A DNA stretch of 64,000 nucleotides from a virus (IMGVR_UViG_3300044627_003892); one strand, 5' to 3'; numbered from the stretch's first letter, positions 49,175 to 60,358 are shown. Numbers and translations are program-made. Notes: generated by a model not told the origin, from the letters alone.

Positions 49175-49236
49175 ATTAATATTTTACTATAAATATATCA
49201 CAAAAAAAAAACCACCCTCTCAGATGGTTTTTTTTA

Positions 49237-49761
49237 TTAAATGTTTTCTTCACCTTCTTGTGTCGGTTCCTCTGTTGGGTATTCCTCAACGATTGGTTCC
49301 TCATATACTTCAGGTTCAGTATATACAACTGGTTCTTCAACAACCACAGGAGTTTCTTCTTTAACTTGTGTAACTACAACAACTGGTGGTTGTGGTGGTC
49401 TTGGAGTTGTTGGGTATTCCACAGCACTTGATAGTGATGTTCCATCTTCCTCGTCAACCTTTTGAATTAACATCTTGTCTCTGTCTTCAGAGTTAAACCA
49501 GTAATCAACAACCTTGTTAAGATTACCAACGAATGCTCCAAATAATATCAATAACATTTCTTTCCAACTTTCTTCAATGGACACACCGAAAAATATTGCG
49601 GAGTTTATACCAGCAATGATAAAGAAGAATAAAAACAATACAATCATTGTTATTTTCCATCTGTTTGCCTGCATTTGTTGAAGCATGTAATAAAAACGAT
49701 TTTTATCTTCAACCTTTACATACGGAGTTTCACCGAATAACATTCTTTTAAATCTACTCAT
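49237..49761 (-). CDS. membrane protein with acidic Pro/Glu-rich tail
   Basis: Two TM segments; VVDYWFNS. Confidence 0.65.
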   Translation of the reverse strand: MSRFKRMLFGETPYVKVEDKNRFYYMLQQMQANRWKITMIVLFLFFFIIAGINSAIFFGVSIEESWKEMLLILFGAFVGNLNKVVDYWFNSEDRDKMLIQKVDEEDGTSLSSAVEYPTTPRPPQPPVVVVTQVKEETPVVVEEPVVYTEPEVYEEPIVEEYPTEEPTQEGEENI

Positions 49762-49777
49762 TTTTTTATTTTTTTAT

Positions 49778-50461
49778 TTATTTATCTTTGTTAGGACTTG
49801 CCCCATACTTTACCCCAAGTATTGTTCCCACGATACTGAAACTATTTGTTAACAGGATACCAAACATATTACTCCAAGTGGAGCCAATGATGTCTGTATC
49901 CATTCCTATTGACATAGAATAAACATATATACCAGTCGTAATAAATCCAACACCTATGATTACATAAAGTGCAACTCTAACAATATTATTAATCAACTCA
50001 AATTGAGTTTTCTTCTGTATTAAATCCAAATTGTTTTCAGCTTCGTTCTTAGCGTTTTCAGCAGTTATTCTTGCTTGTTCAGATTGTTTCATTGCCTCAA
50101 CAAGTTCGGCACCAATCTTTTCGTTCTCCATTTTCCATTCAAGAAGTTCAGAGTTTTGACTTTCAATCTGATTGTTTTGGTCTTCCATACTTGTTAAAGT
50201 ATTTTGGAGTTCCTCCATCATTCTTTGATTTTCTTCGTTAAGTTCAGTCAAGTCTTTGTTCTGAATCTGAACCTGTTTGGTCATCTCTAAACGTTTACGT
50301 CTGGTTGTAGTATCCTTTTCAATACAAGTTTTAAGATACTCTTTAAACTCTTGGTCATCTTCAGCATCTATTAATTTAGTAATGTTACCCTCAAGACCAA
50401 TGTTCTTGGTCTTAAAGGTCTCCATTAATATCTTCTTTGTATTTTTATCTAAAACAATCAT
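49778..50461 (-). CDS. coiled-coil protein with two C-terminal TM helices
   Basis: Heptad region then two hydrophobic segments; overlaps the response regulator stop. Confidence 0.7.
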   Translation of the reverse strand: MIVLDKNTKKILMETFKTKNIGLEGNITKLIDAEDDQEFKEYLKTCIEKDTTTRRKRLEMTKQVQIQNKDLTELNEENQRMMEELQNTLTSMEDQNNQIESQNSELLEWKMENEKIGAELVEAMKQSEQARITAENAKNEAENNLDLIQKKTQFELINNIVRVALYVIIGVGFITTGIYVYSMSIGMDTDIIGSTWSNMFGILLTNSFSIVGTILGVKYGASPNKDK

Positions 50462-50889
50462 TTATAAACTTTGAAAGGGTTTGTTCTGTTCTTATATCCG
50501 TCGTAGTCTTTCTTAAACTCTTCAAGTCTTGGTTCAATGTCATCCGACTTGATAATCCAAAACTGAGCACCAGCCTGAACTGCCTTAGCCTGTTCTTCAG
50601 GTTCGTTACTTGAAGATATGATACCGATAACTACATGGTTACCATATTCAAAGTTAATCTTACGGATAAGTTCAATACCATCAAAGGATGAACCTATAAT
50701 GTTTAAATCCACAAACACACATTCAGGTTTTTGTGATGTATCTTTTTGCCATCCAGCAAATAATTTAGCAGCTTCATCCGAACTGTTCAAACTTCTTAAT
50801 GACAATGTAATGTCAAGTAATGAACAAGAGTCCTCAAATACCAAGTGGAACAAATCCTCGTCATCCACTAACAAAATTGAATCAATCAT
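50458..50889 (-). CDS. single-domain response regulator (receiver)
   Basis: ILLVDDED, VFVDLN (phospho-Asp), IISSS, WIIKS. Confidence 0.85.
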   Translation of the reverse strand: MIDSILLVDDEDLFHLVFEDSCSLLDITLSLRSLNSSDEAAKLFAGWQKDTSQKPECVFVDLNIIGSSFDGIELIRKINFEYGNHVVIGIISSSNEPEEQAKAVQAGAQFWIIKSDDIEPRLEEFKKDYDGYKNRTNPFKVYK

Positions 50890-50903
50890 TTTTTTCTTTC
50901 TCT

Positions 50904-52232
50904 TTATTTTATTTTTATTTTCATTTTGGTTCCACCTTCAATTTTTTCACAACTCAATTTAAAACCATGTTCTTCTAATATCGCAACACATATATTCAAC
51001 CCAAGACCCTTCTCTTCACCAGTGACATCAGCCTTCTTTGAATACTTTGTTAAATGTTTTTCAAGTTGTTTTTGTGAGAATCCTTTACCATTGTCCTCAA
51101 CTATTAAATATTCTTCTTCGTTATATATCTTAACTTTTTTAACTTCACTATCGTTATATGATAAACCATTCTTAATTAAGTTCTCAACCGCATTACAGAA
51201 TAAAGTCTCATTCACTTCCATATCACCCAAGTCAGATATCTCAACCTGTGAACTATATGAATTTGGTGAAATGTATTTCCAAATCAAATCTTTAGCGTTA
51301 ACCACAGATTTATTTAACACAACATTTTGTTTAACAAGATTGGTAAACTCATAAACACTCTTATAAACTTTTTGAGTGTGGTTTAATCCTTCTTTAACCA
51401 TCTTAAGTGCTCCTTCAATCTTCAATCTTTGGATGTCCTCAACGGTTAATCTTTTTTCTAATGATGTAATACCTCTTGGCATGTATGTATTAATACCTGA
51501 GTGCATGTCATGTCTGATGATTCTTGCTGCGTGTTCCAAGTAACTATTCTTCTTAGCAATATCACTAATCTGTTGTTCAATCTCAACATCCTGTACTTGT
51601 ATTCTCTTTCTTTGTAAGACAACCGCCAATATTAAAACAAACAGTATAACAACACCTAAAGCACCATAAAGGTATTTCTTCAAGGTCTCTCTTTGTTTTT
51701 CCAAATCAGTTTTTTCAGTCATCAAATTTCCATTCTCATCCATTAAGTCATCAGTCTCCAAAGTCAAACCGATGATATTCTTTTCTTTACTTAACGAAGT
51801 AATGGTATTTTCTTTTGATTTTATAAGTTCTTCATTTCTTATAGCTTGAGCTAATAATAAATCTCGTTCTGCGGTAAGTTTATTAATCTTGTTATCAATT
51901 TGAACTAATACATTTTTTAAATCTTCTTTAGGTAAATCAGTATACGATTTTGGTAAGTCAGTTAAAAACTGTAAGTCTTCAGCAATACTTGCTAAATCAC
52001 TTTCAGACAATTTAGTTTCATCAACTGGTTCAGGTTCAGGTGGAATCCAAGTTGTAACGATTTCTTGTATATCCATAGCCGCAACTTGACTAGTATCACC
52101 ATCAATCTGTAAATTATCGTTAGACCATGAAACGTCAATTCCGTCAACTAATGTATCGTTGTAATTCAAATTTTGTGAGTGTAAACCTGTCGATACGAGT
52201 GTTACTAAAATCAATAATATTATCTTTTTCAT
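50904..52232 (-). CDS. membrane sensor histidine kinase
   Basis: Signal peptide, TM helix, H-box RHDMHS, N-box ENLIKNG, DNGKG, GLGLNIC. Confidence 0.85.
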   Translation of the reverse strand: MKKIILLILVTLVSTGLHSQNLNYNDTLVDGIDVSWSNDNLQIDGDTSQVAAMDIQEIVTTWIPPEPEPVDETKLSESDLASIAEDLQFLTDLPKSYTDLPKEDLKNVLVQIDNKINKLTAERDLLLAQAIRNEELIKSKENTITSLSKEKNIIGLTLETDDLMDENGNLMTEKTDLEKQRETLKKYLYGALGVVILFVLILAVVLQRKRIQVQDVEIEQQISDIAKKNSYLEHAARIIRHDMHSGINTYMPRGITSLEKRLTVEDIQRLKIEGALKMVKEGLNHTQKVYKSVYEFTNLVKQNVVLNKSVVNAKDLIWKYISPNSYSSQVEISDLGDMEVNETLFCNAVENLIKNGLSYNDSEVKKVKIYNEEEYLIVEDNGKGFSQKQLEKHLTKYSKKADVTGEEKGLGLNICVAILEEHGFKLSCEKIEGGTKMKIKIK

Positions 52233-52849
52233 TACTTTTTTAATTCTTCTTTTAATAAACTTTTATTTTTCCAAATCCATGATTCATATCTTCGAGTTAT
52301 ACCATTAAAATCAAGAAACTTTAAATTGTGAAAATAATTTGTTGCTGGTGCGAACTGCATATCAAACTCTTCTCTGAATTTTTTATATTCTTCATACTCA
52401 CTTTTAGTCATTTTTTCAAAAACAAGAATTTTTCCGTATTCATGAGTGTAAAGATTGTAATCATCTAAATTCACAAAATATAACTTGTTGTATGGGGGTA
52501 TAGTGTATATGAACGCTCCATTTGTAGCGTATTCCCAAAGAGTCATGTTCAATTCATCAGCCCATTTATATGTCGTATCTGCTACATATTTGATACTATC
52601 TAACATGTTAGGTATATTTTCAACAATGTTATTTAAACTATCTATCTTATTATTTAAGGATGTGATTTTTTTACCTTGTTCTCTAATAATCCTTCTTTGT
52701 GTTTCAATTGCTTTATTAATATCAACAGATTGTTTAACAGATAGGATAACAACAGAGTCACCTCTATAGATTGTTTGAATTGGGTATTTAATTTGACTAA
52801 ACCCAAACAAAGAAATTGTTAAGAAAATAAAAGTTAGTAATGTTTTCAT
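52232..52849 (-). CDS. secreted/coiled-coil hypothetical protein
   Basis: Signal-peptide-like N-terminus. Confidence 0.65.
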   Translation of the reverse strand: MKTLLTFIFLTISLFGFSQIKYPIQTIYRGDSVVILSVKQSVDINKAIETQRRIIREQGKKITSLNNKIDSLNNIVENIPNMLDSIKYVADTTYKWADELNMTLWEYATNGAFIYTIPPYNKLYFVNLDDYNLYTHEYGKILVFEKMTKSEYEEYKKFREEFDMQFAPATNYFHNLKFLDFNGITRRYESWIWKNKSLLKEELKK

Positions 52850-54117
52850 TTAAATTTGATTTTCATTTTAGTTCCTGTTTCATTTTTTTCACAGGTTATT
52901 TTAAATCCGTGTTCTTCTAAAATGGCAACACAGATATTCAATCCTAAACCAGTACCCGATTCTTTTTGACCTTCTTTTCTGGTGTATGGTTTTGATAAAT
53001 AATTAAAATCTTCTTGGGTAATACCTCTACCATTATCCTGTATGAATATCATATCACCTTCAGAGTATATCTTAACAAACTTTGTTTCAGAGTCGTTATA
53101 CTTTAAACCATTCCTAATTAGATTATCAACTGCAGTACAGAACAATGGTTCATTCAATTCAATCGTTGGTAGGTTATCATCCAACATAACCTGACTAATG
53201 TATGCCGTCGAGGACAAATAGTCCTTGAGAATGTCCTTGATGTTAAATTCAGTTTTATTAAGAACAACATCTTTCTTTACCAGATTGGTAAATTCATAAA
53301 CACCTTTATAAACTTTCTGTGAATGCTTAAGTCCTTCCTTAATCATTTTAAGTGGTGCCTCAATTTTAAGTTTAACAATATCTTCTTGAGTTAATCTTCT
53401 CTCCAACGAGTTAACACCTCTTGGTATATAGGTATTAATACCTGAATGCATATCGTGTCTCAATATCTTAGCAGCATGTTCCAAGTATGTATTCTTTCTT
53501 TCAATCTCTTTCTTCTGTTCGTAAGAATTCGTGATATCAATAGCGATTTTCATAACACGATAAATCTTACCATCAGTATCAAAAATAGGATTGTAGGTCG
53601 CTTGTAAATAAACTAAAGACCCATCTTTTTTAACTCTAACAATTTCCCCTGAAAATAATACACCACTTCTTAATTTTTCCCAAAAAAGACAATAATCCTC
53701 ACTTTTCTCATAATCATCTTCCACAAAAATTCTGTGATGTTTTCCAACTATTTCATCCTGTGATGGATATCCCATAGTTTTTATAAACAAATCATTGGCA
53801 AAAATAATATTACCTTCTAAATCAAATTCAATTACCGCATTAGATTTATTGATAGCGGTCATTCTATTAGTAAGTTCATTTTCTATTTTAATTAACTTAT
53901 CTACAGATTCTTTAGATATTGAATTTTTATTAGATTTGATAAAGTCTTTAATCATTAATATTGATATAGGAATTAACAAAATAAAACAAATGTATTCAAT
54001 ACCACGTGTAACTCTTGTTGATTCCTGTATTTCAAGTAAAACCGATGTTTTAACCAAAAAGAATACAGACATTATTAAAATAGAACAAAGTAAATAGATT
54101 TTTGTTTTTTTAGTCAT
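52846..54117 (-). CDS. PAS-domain sensor histidine kinase
   Basis: Two TM helices, PAS (NAVIEFDLEG.I..AN..F, ATYNPI), RHDMHS, DNLIRNG, DNGRG, GTGLGL. Confidence 0.9.
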   Translation of the reverse strand: MTKKTKIYLLCSILIMSVFFLVKTSVLLEIQESTRVTRGIEYICFILLIPISILMIKDFIKSNKNSISKESVDKLIKIENELTNRMTAINKSNAVIEFDLEGNIIFANDLFIKTMGYPSQDEIVGKHHRIFVEDDYEKSEDYCLFWEKLRSGVLFSGEIVRVKKDGSLVYLQATYNPIFDTDGKIYRVMKIAIDITNSYEQKKEIERKNTYLEHAAKILRHDMHSGINTYIPRGVNSLERRLTQEDIVKLKIEAPLKMIKEGLKHSQKVYKGVYEFTNLVKKDVVLNKTEFNIKDILKDYLSSTAYISQVMLDDNLPTIELNEPLFCTAVDNLIRNGLKYNDSETKFVKIYSEGDMIFIQDNGRGITQEDFNYLSKPYTRKEGQKESGTGLGLNICVAILEEHGFKITCEKNETGTKMKIKFK

Positions 54118-54189
54118 ATTTCATAAATACCTTTATTAAATAAAAAAACCCCTCAAATTAGAGGGGTTTAAACATTAGTTGGTTGTGAA

Positions 54190-56070
54190 CTACTTACCAA
54201 CTTCTTCAAAATCTACATCAGATACTTCAGAATCGTTATTCTCCATTTCGTTCATGTTGTTCATTTCAGAAGTTTGACTATAAAGATTTACAGTAATCTC
54301 TTGGAACACCTTGTTGATGTTATCAATACCTTCCTTAATCTTCTCAATATCTTTTGACGAATGAGCCGACTTTAATTCTTCAAGAGCTACAGTTACCTCT
54401 GACTTTTGTTCTTCCGTAATCTTGTCTTCAATATCTTTCAAAGACTTTTCCACTTGGAAGATTGTTGTGTCAGCTTGGTTGATAACCTCAGCATCTTCTT
54501 TTGCTTTCTTATCTGATTCAGCGTTCATCTCCGCTTCCTTCTTCATCGTTTCAATCTCTTCTTTCGAAAGTCCTGATGATGATTCAATACGGATATTTTG
54601 TTGTTTGTTAGTTCCTTTGTCAAGAGCCGATACATTGATAATACCATTAGCATCAATATCAAACGTTACCTCAACCTGTGGAATACCTCTTTGTGCCGGT
54701 GGGATACCATCCAGGTGGAAACGTCCAATACTTCGGTTGTCTTTCGCCATTGCTCTCTCACCTTGTAATACATGGATTTCAACGGTTGGTTGGTTATCAA
54801 CTGCAGTTGAGAATACCTGTGACTTCTTGGTCGGGATAGTAGTGTTCGCTTCAATTAACTTTGTGAATACTCCACCCATAGTTTCAATACCAAGTGATAG
54901 TGGTGTTACATCTAATAACAATACATCTTTAACATCACCTGCTAATACACCTGCCTGAATTGCTGCTCCAAGAGCAACAACCTCATCAGGGTTAACACCC
55001 TTTGATGGTTCCTTACCGAAGAACTTCTTAACTGCTTCCTGAATTGCCGGAATACGTGTTGTTCCTCCAACCAAAATGATTTCGTCAATATCACTTGTCT
55101 TAATTCCTGCGTTCTTCAATGCCGACTTACAAGGAGCAATAGTTCTTTCAACCAAACTATCAACAAGTTGTTCAAACTTAGCCTTAGTTAAAGTTCTTAC
55201 CAAGTGTTTCGGTATACCATCAACAGGCATAATATATGGTAAGTTAATCTCCGTAGATGGTGAAGAAGATAATTCAATCTTCGCCTTCTCAGCTCCTTCA
55301 CGAAGACGTTGAAGAGCCATAGCATCTTTGGTCAAGTCAATTCCGTTTTCATCTTTGAACTCTGTAACCAACCAGTCAATGATTGCTTGGTCAAAGTCAT
55401 CACCACCAAGGTGTGTATCACCATCAGTAGACAATACTTCAAAAACACCATCACCAAGTTCCAAGACAGATACGTCATGTGTTCCACCACCACAGTCAAA
55501 CACAACAATCTTCATATCTTTAGATTGTTTGTCCAATCCGTAAGCAAGTGCCGCCGCAGTTGGTTCATTAACAATTCTCATTACTTTCAAACCTGCAATC
55601 TCTCCAGCTTCTTTCGTAGCTTGACGTTGAGCATCGTTGAAGTATGCTGGTACCGTGATAACTGCCTCAGTTACCTCTGAACCCAAATAGTCCTCAGCAG
55701 TTTGTTTCATCTTTTGGAGAACCATTGCCGAAATTTCTTGTGGTGAATATTTTCTATCCTCAATCTCAACACGAGGAGTTCCACCATCACCCTTAACTAC
55801 TTTATAAGGAACACGTTTAACCTCACCCTTACTTTCATCAAAACTTGTTCCCATGAAACGTTTGATAGATGAGATAGTCTTATCAGGATTAGTAACCGCC
55901 TGACGTTTAGCAGGGTCACCAACCTTTCTTTCACCACCATTTAAGAAACCCACAATTGAAGGGGTGGTTCTTTTTCCTTCACTGTTTGTAATTACAACTG
56001 GTTCGTTACCTTCCATTACGGCAACACATGAGTTAGTTGTTCCAAGGTCAATACCTATAATTTTTCCCAT
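54190..56070 (-). CDS. dnaK: Hsp70 chaperone DnaK
   Basis: [27 protein letters not shown]; C-terminal DVDFEEV. Confidence 0.97.
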   Translation of the reverse strand: MGKIIGIDLGTTNSCVAVMEGNEPVVITNSEGKRTTPSIVGFLNGGERKVGDPAKRQAVTNPDKTISSIKRFMGTSFDESKGEVKRVPYKVVKGDGGTPRVEIEDRKYSPQEISAMVLQKMKQTAEDYLGSEVTEAVITVPAYFNDAQRQATKEAGEIAGLKVMRIVNEPTAAALAYGLDKQSKDMKIVVFDCGGGTHDVSVLELGDGVFEVLSTDGDTHLGGDDFDQAIIDWLVTEFKDENGIDLTKDAMALQRLREGAEKAKIELSSSPSTEINLPYIMPVDGIPKHLVRTLTKAKFEQLVDSLVERTIAPCKSALKNAGIKTSDIDEIILVGGTTRIPAIQEAVKKFFGKEPSKGVNPDEVVALGAAIQAGVLAGDVKDVLLLDVTPLSLGIETMGGVFTKLIEANTTIPTKKSQVFSTAVDNQPTVEIHVLQGERAMAKDNRSIGRFHLDGIPPAQRGIPQVEVTFDIDANGIINVSALDKGTNKQQNIRIESSSGLSKEEIETMKKEAEMNAESDKKAKEDAEVINQADTTIFQVEKSLKDIEDKITEEQKSEVTVALEELKSAHSSKDIEKIKEGIDNINKVFQEITVNLYSQTSEMNNMNEMENNDSEVSDVDFEEVGK

Positions 56071-56172
56071 AGTTTAATTTAATTTTGTTTAATAATATTG
56101 ATTATTTTTTATGGAGTCAAGTCCGACCCCCATTATTAAACAATGTGCCAAAGAAAAAAGTATGACAAATTG

Positions 56173-57315
56173 TCACGCGAAAAGACTTCTTGTGTCGTAA
56201 TAATTTTGGTATATGTCAGCAATCTCTTTGTTGGATAATACCCTATTGTACGCCAGAAATACTTGTAAACCACCACGGTATTGTTGTCTGTTACTTGGTA
56301 TCACCAAATTACCTAAAGTGAATGGTTCAATGTTTGGATTCCAATTAGAAGGTTCAAAGTCCTCTTGGTTAGTTTCATTCAATACACCATCAACATAAAA
56401 ACTTATATTAGATTTACCAGCGGAATCGTCAGGGGCGAAAACGTATGTATAAAGATGCCAACTTCTGTCATCTAAAGCGTTAACACCAATTCTTGATTGT
56501 GTAGAATTTGTTGTGTCAGTAATATTATAATAAAAATAGATGAAACCACCTGTATTGTAAAAACCAACCCTTTGACTAAAAGTTGGAGTACATGAGAAAA
56601 GAGTTGGTGTATCACCTTCGTTAACATATGAAGGGAAAGCCCAAAACATCAAAGTAAAAGTATTCCCAAGTTGTCTTCGTGGAGTGTTCGGGTCAATAAA
56701 GTATTGACCTGTACTGTTAAAATCATAAAGTAAACTACCATTATCAAATCTAGCAATTACTGAAGAAGTTCCAGAAAATCCGCTCATAGCTGAGCGTCTA
56801 AAATCATACCATGTTGAACCTATCCAAGGATAAGAAGCCACATGTCCAGCATCCAAAGCAAATGTCAAACCACTTGTTGGTATGTTTGGATAATTCATAT
56901 TAACACAAACATTCTTACCTTTTTCACCACCAGAATTACCTGAACCATCCTCCTTAAACCAATTAAACGCTGCTTCAATAGTTGTTGTTGCTGTAAATTT
57001 GTTAACAAAATCAATAACACCTTGCTGGTCATCAAATTGAACACACCTGTATTTGTCGTTAGCGTTCCCAGTATTACCTATTGTACTCCCAGTATAATAT
57101 ATAGTATACACCAAATCATCTATACTACGATTATCAATACCCTGATACCATCCAGTACCTGAAGAAGGATAATAAGGACGATTAACATCAATACCAAAAT
57201 ACCAAGTATTAATATTTAAATAATTGGAATCGTAATTAAGATTATTTTTATTACCGTTTGAGGTATAATCTATTTTGATTTTGTTTGGAACAATACTGTT
57301 GTATATCTCAGCCAT
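56173..57315 (-). CDS. LamG/concanavalin-like domain protein (possible virion surface protein)
   Basis: GLTFALDAG..ASYP..GSTWYD; WHLYTY; FYVDGVL; YNRVLS..EI. Confidence 0.65.
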   Translation of the reverse strand: MAEIYNSIVPNKIKIDYTSNGNKNNLNYDSNYLNINTWYFGIDVNRPYYPSSGTGWYQGIDNRSIDDLVYTIYYTGSTIGNTGNANDKYRCVQFDDQQGVIDFVNKFTATTTIEAAFNWFKEDGSGNSGGEKGKNVCVNMNYPNIPTSGLTFALDAGHVASYPWIGSTWYDFRRSAMSGFSGTSSVIARFDNGSLLYDFNSTGQYFIDPNTPRRQLGNTFTLMFWAFPSYVNEGDTPTLFSCTPTFSQRVGFYNTGGFIYFYYNITDTTNSTQSRIGVNALDDRSWHLYTYVFAPDDSAGKSNISFYVDGVLNETNQEDFEPSNWNPNIEPFTLGNLVIPSNRQQYRGGLQVFLAYNRVLSNKEIADIYQNYYDTRSLFA

Positions 57316-57326
57316 ACTAATAAGTA

Positions 57327-57713
57327 TTATACAACAGATTTAATTTTGTCATATAAAGTGGTAACCTCAGGGTGATTATATTCAATCCATTTGATTAACT
57401 GTTCATGCCATCTACCCTCACCAAATAAACCATCAAGTTTTTCTTGAATAAAATACTCAACAACTATCATAGGAACATCTCCACCCCTATAAGGATTTCT
57501 TATACGTATCTTAAAAAGCATCTCGTAACTTTCCGCATCATAAAACGATACCGAATCAATTTGATTTATATCAGGTACCTCATTCAAATCATCATAGTCA
57601 TCAAAACCATCAATAAATTCAACATTAACATATTCAGGCATAATATCCTCAATAACATTATAAATCATGTTCTGAAGTTTCTGATATTGATGAGCACTTA
57701 ATTGGATTTTCAT
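57327..57713 (-). CDS. hypothetical protein, distantly related to the MKYxITES family
   Basis: MKIQLSAHQY...LIKWIE. Confidence 0.6.
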   Translation of the reverse strand: MKIQLSAHQYQKLQNMIYNVIEDIMPEYVNVEFIDGFDDYDDLNEVPDINQIDSVSFYDAESYEMLFKIRIRNPYRGGDVPMIVVEYFIQEKLDGLFGEGRWHEQLIKWIEYNHPEVTTLYDKIKSVV

Positions 57714-58813
57714 CTTAAAGAATAAAGTTTTGAAACCCTTTTTAACATATTGTTTGCCGTGAATTTGAATCTCTTCTCAAAGTATTCAAAAAACTTCTTT
57801 GGGTCTTTTCTAACGGCCAATGGTACGGCATCAATCTTTGAAGCACTAACACCAGTTGTTATTAAATGGTTTGTAATCTTTTGTAAAATATCATTCCATT
57901 CAAAAATCCATTCATAAGCCTTCTCAACCGATGTCTGTTTAACTATCATATCTTGGATACTGTTAATCTTACCAAACGAGTTAAGTAATTCTTCCGCCGA
58001 GAAATTTCTTAATTCCTCAATCTCACCAAAAATCTGTGTACCCTTTAAAGCACCAATGAAATCTTCGTAACTATCTATCTTAGTCCGTCTTAAGATTTGT
58101 GAAACCTGTGGAATACGAGCATCTTGCTCAAACTTTAAACTCACATAAATTAAATGTAAAAAATTATTCCACTCAGGTAAAAACTGATTGTTAATAGCAT
58201 TAACCAAAACATTAGTTGTCTGTCCCTTACCAAATCCTACCTGACCCTTATTAACATATCTTTTATACAACTGATAAGCATGTAACAACTCATGTGAAAT
58301 AACCGAATCCAACTTTGGTGATAACAATTCCAAATTATCCCACGTTTCTTCATCCATTCTGATATGGAAGTCTAACGTACTAACATCAAAGACATCTTCA
58401 CTCTTGAAATCCTTAGCCTCAAAACTATGTGAAGCATCAATATTAAGATTACTTTTATAAACCGCCGGTAAAACATCCTCTTCAAATATTTCAAACCTAA
58501 TACCAATAGGATTTTTATACATAGGGAATTTTTTCCACTCATTTTCATCAAAGCTTTGTGATTGCTTAACCATATTCCAAGACTTCTCCCCACCAATAGT
58601 TATTACACCAGAACGCATAACACTTTCACCAACGGTTTTAACATCAATCTCAACCTCGTCTAAAGGTTCGTTGGCAGACTTAAAAGAATAGAGCAGTTTT
58701 TTAACGACCTCAGTGAATACCGAAGTCATCATTTCAATATCAGAAGGAACACCTACCGCCTCACGTAGTAGGTTTCTTATTTTCAGTTTGTTTGATACGG
58801 ACATTTTTCTCAA
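57710..58813 (-). CDS. HExxH zinc-metallopeptidase-like protein with LLRE leader
   Basis: SVISHELLHAY ... FEQDAR. Confidence 0.55.
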   Translation of the reverse strand: MRKMSVSNKLKIRNLLREAVGVPSDIEMMTSVFTEVVKKLLYSFKSANEPLDEVEIDVKTVGESVMRSGVITIGGEKSWNMVKQSQSFDENEWKKFPMYKNPIGIRFEIFEEDVLPAVYKSNLNIDASHSFEAKDFKSEDVFDVSTLDFHIRMDEETWDNLELLSPKLDSVISHELLHAYQLYKRYVNKGQVGFGKGQTTNVLVNAINNQFLPEWNNFLHLIYVSLKFEQDARIPQVSQILRRTKIDSYEDFIGALKGTQIFGEIEELRNFSAEELLNSFGKINSIQDMIVKQTSVEKAYEWIFEWNDILQKITNHLITTGVSASKIDAVPLAVRKDPKKFFEYFEKRFKFTANNMLKRVSKLYSLR

Positions 58814-58967
58814 ATAATTCTTTATTCCTTTCGTATAAAGATAAGTCAGTAGTAAACATCAGTTTCTTAATCTGTTCCTCCGTTAAACCTTCAAATGGAT
58901 TTTTCATAATACGAATATAATGATAAATATTAATAAAACCAAAAAACCCCCTAAATAAATTAGAGGG

Positions 58968-59312
58968 TCATTTCCAAAACAACTGAACCATCAGTATCAT
59001 CAAACTCAATAACAAACATACACCAGTTTTAATCGTTATCGGTTCACCAAATAATGAGACAGACATAATTGTAAACATTATCGTACCAATAACAAACCCT
59101 ATCAATCTTGATGGCCACAACTGACCGTCAAAATGTTGAACCATTAAACCAACTGATGTCATAAACAATATTGAAATCGGGATACCCATCAACACAACCA
59201 ACCACTGATGGTTTTTCATCCACTCAAACTTCCATCTCCCCTGTAGTTGTAAGAAAGTTAGTACTTGAGCGAGTGACCCGATTAACATTGCCAGTAATAA
59301 TTTCATTAACAA
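58968..59312 (-). CDS. small four-TM membrane protein
   Basis: Hydrophobic throughout; LFGEPIT resembles EamA/SMR half-transporters. Confidence 0.55.
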   Translation of the reverse strand: MLMKLLLAMLIGSLAQVLTFLQLQGRWKFEWMKNHQWLVVLMGIPISILFMTSVGLMVQHFDGQLWPSRLIGFVIGTIMFTIMSVSLFGEPITIKTGVCLLLSLMILMVQLFWK

Positions 59313-59341
59313 ATATAAGGTGAAACTTTTAGATAATCAAA

Positions 59342-59896
59342 TTATCTTGGTTGTCTAAAGGAAAGATTATACTCATCTAAATCAACGGAACCTCTAAGTT
59401 CATTTTCTAACTCAATCTTAAAATCTTTCCAATCGGCAAATTGTTCCTTTGTTAAATTAGTAAATGTAATTGTTATTTCAGGATTGGTACTTCTATCCCA
59501 ACTTAATTCTGTATTGGGATAGTTTGTTCTCTTAATTGCTTCTTCAATTTTATCATTGATATCTGATATGTAATCATAATTAATGAATTCATCAAAAACT
59601 TTATAATATTCTTTTGGTAATCCTGTTGAATTAAAAAACTCAGTAAACACACCTTCAAACTTTTTTGACCAATCATATGTAAACAACGGAATTCCAGTTA
59701 ATTTTTTTCTTGAGGGTCTAAAAAACTTGGTGTATTCTTCATCGTATTGTCCACTGTTTTTATCAGTTTTGGCAACATCAGTATAAACCTTCAATGCTCG
59801 TCTACCATCCAAATCAACAAACTCATATTTAACATCTTTTGGGATGTTCAGTTTAGCCTTTAAAAAACTACTCAATATTTGTTCTTTCTTTGTCAT
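59342..59896 (-). CDS. hypothetical protein
   Basis: Start MTKKEQ after TATTTAT. Confidence 0.65.
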   Translation of the reverse strand: MTKKEQILSSFLKAKLNIPKDVKYEFVDLDGRRALKVYTDVAKTDKNSGQYDEEYTKFFRPSRKKLTGIPLFTYDWSKKFEGVFTEFFNSTGLPKEYYKVFDEFINYDYISDINDKIEEAIKRTNYPNTELSWDRSTNPEITITFTNLTKEQFADWKDFKIELENELRGSVDLDEYNLSFRQPR

Positions 59897-59969
59897 ATAA
59901 TTTATAAATACAAATATAAACAAAAAACCCCATCATTTACGACAGGGTTTAATAATTTTTGTTTTAAGA

Positions 59970-60323
59970 TTACTTGGTATAAGTTCTCAAACAGTGTGAA
60001 GCCCAAGCCATAGAACCAAGAATTACTGGTACCAAGAAACCTGAACCACCCATAAGGGCTACGTGAAGAGCAACTGCTCCTGACATTACTGAAGACAAGA
60101 TAACCGCTCCGTAGATTGATGTTCTTGGGATACAAAGAGCTATAACACCAGCAACTTCCATCACACCAACAAGTGCCATGTAAGGTAGTAAGTTCATTGC
60201 CGTGAAATTAGTAACTTGTTGTTCAGCACTAGTGATTTTTGTTAGTCCGCTCATTCCAAGCATAAAGGTAACGATTGCCGTTAGCAACCATCCCAAATTT
60301 TTAAGTGTAAGATATTTTTTCAT
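59970..60323 (-). CDS. DoxX-like membrane protein
   Basis: GLTKI, VGVMEVAGVIALCIPRT, GAVALH. Confidence 0.7.
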   Translation of the reverse strand: MKKYLTLKNLGWLLTAIVTFMLGMSGLTKITSAEQQVTNFTAMNLLPYMALVGVMEVAGVIALCIPRTSIYGAVILSSVMSGAVALHVALMGGSGFLVPVILGSMAWASHCLRTYTK

Positions 60324-60358
60324 ATTCCAATTATAGAATATAAACTTTAGATTGTCAA

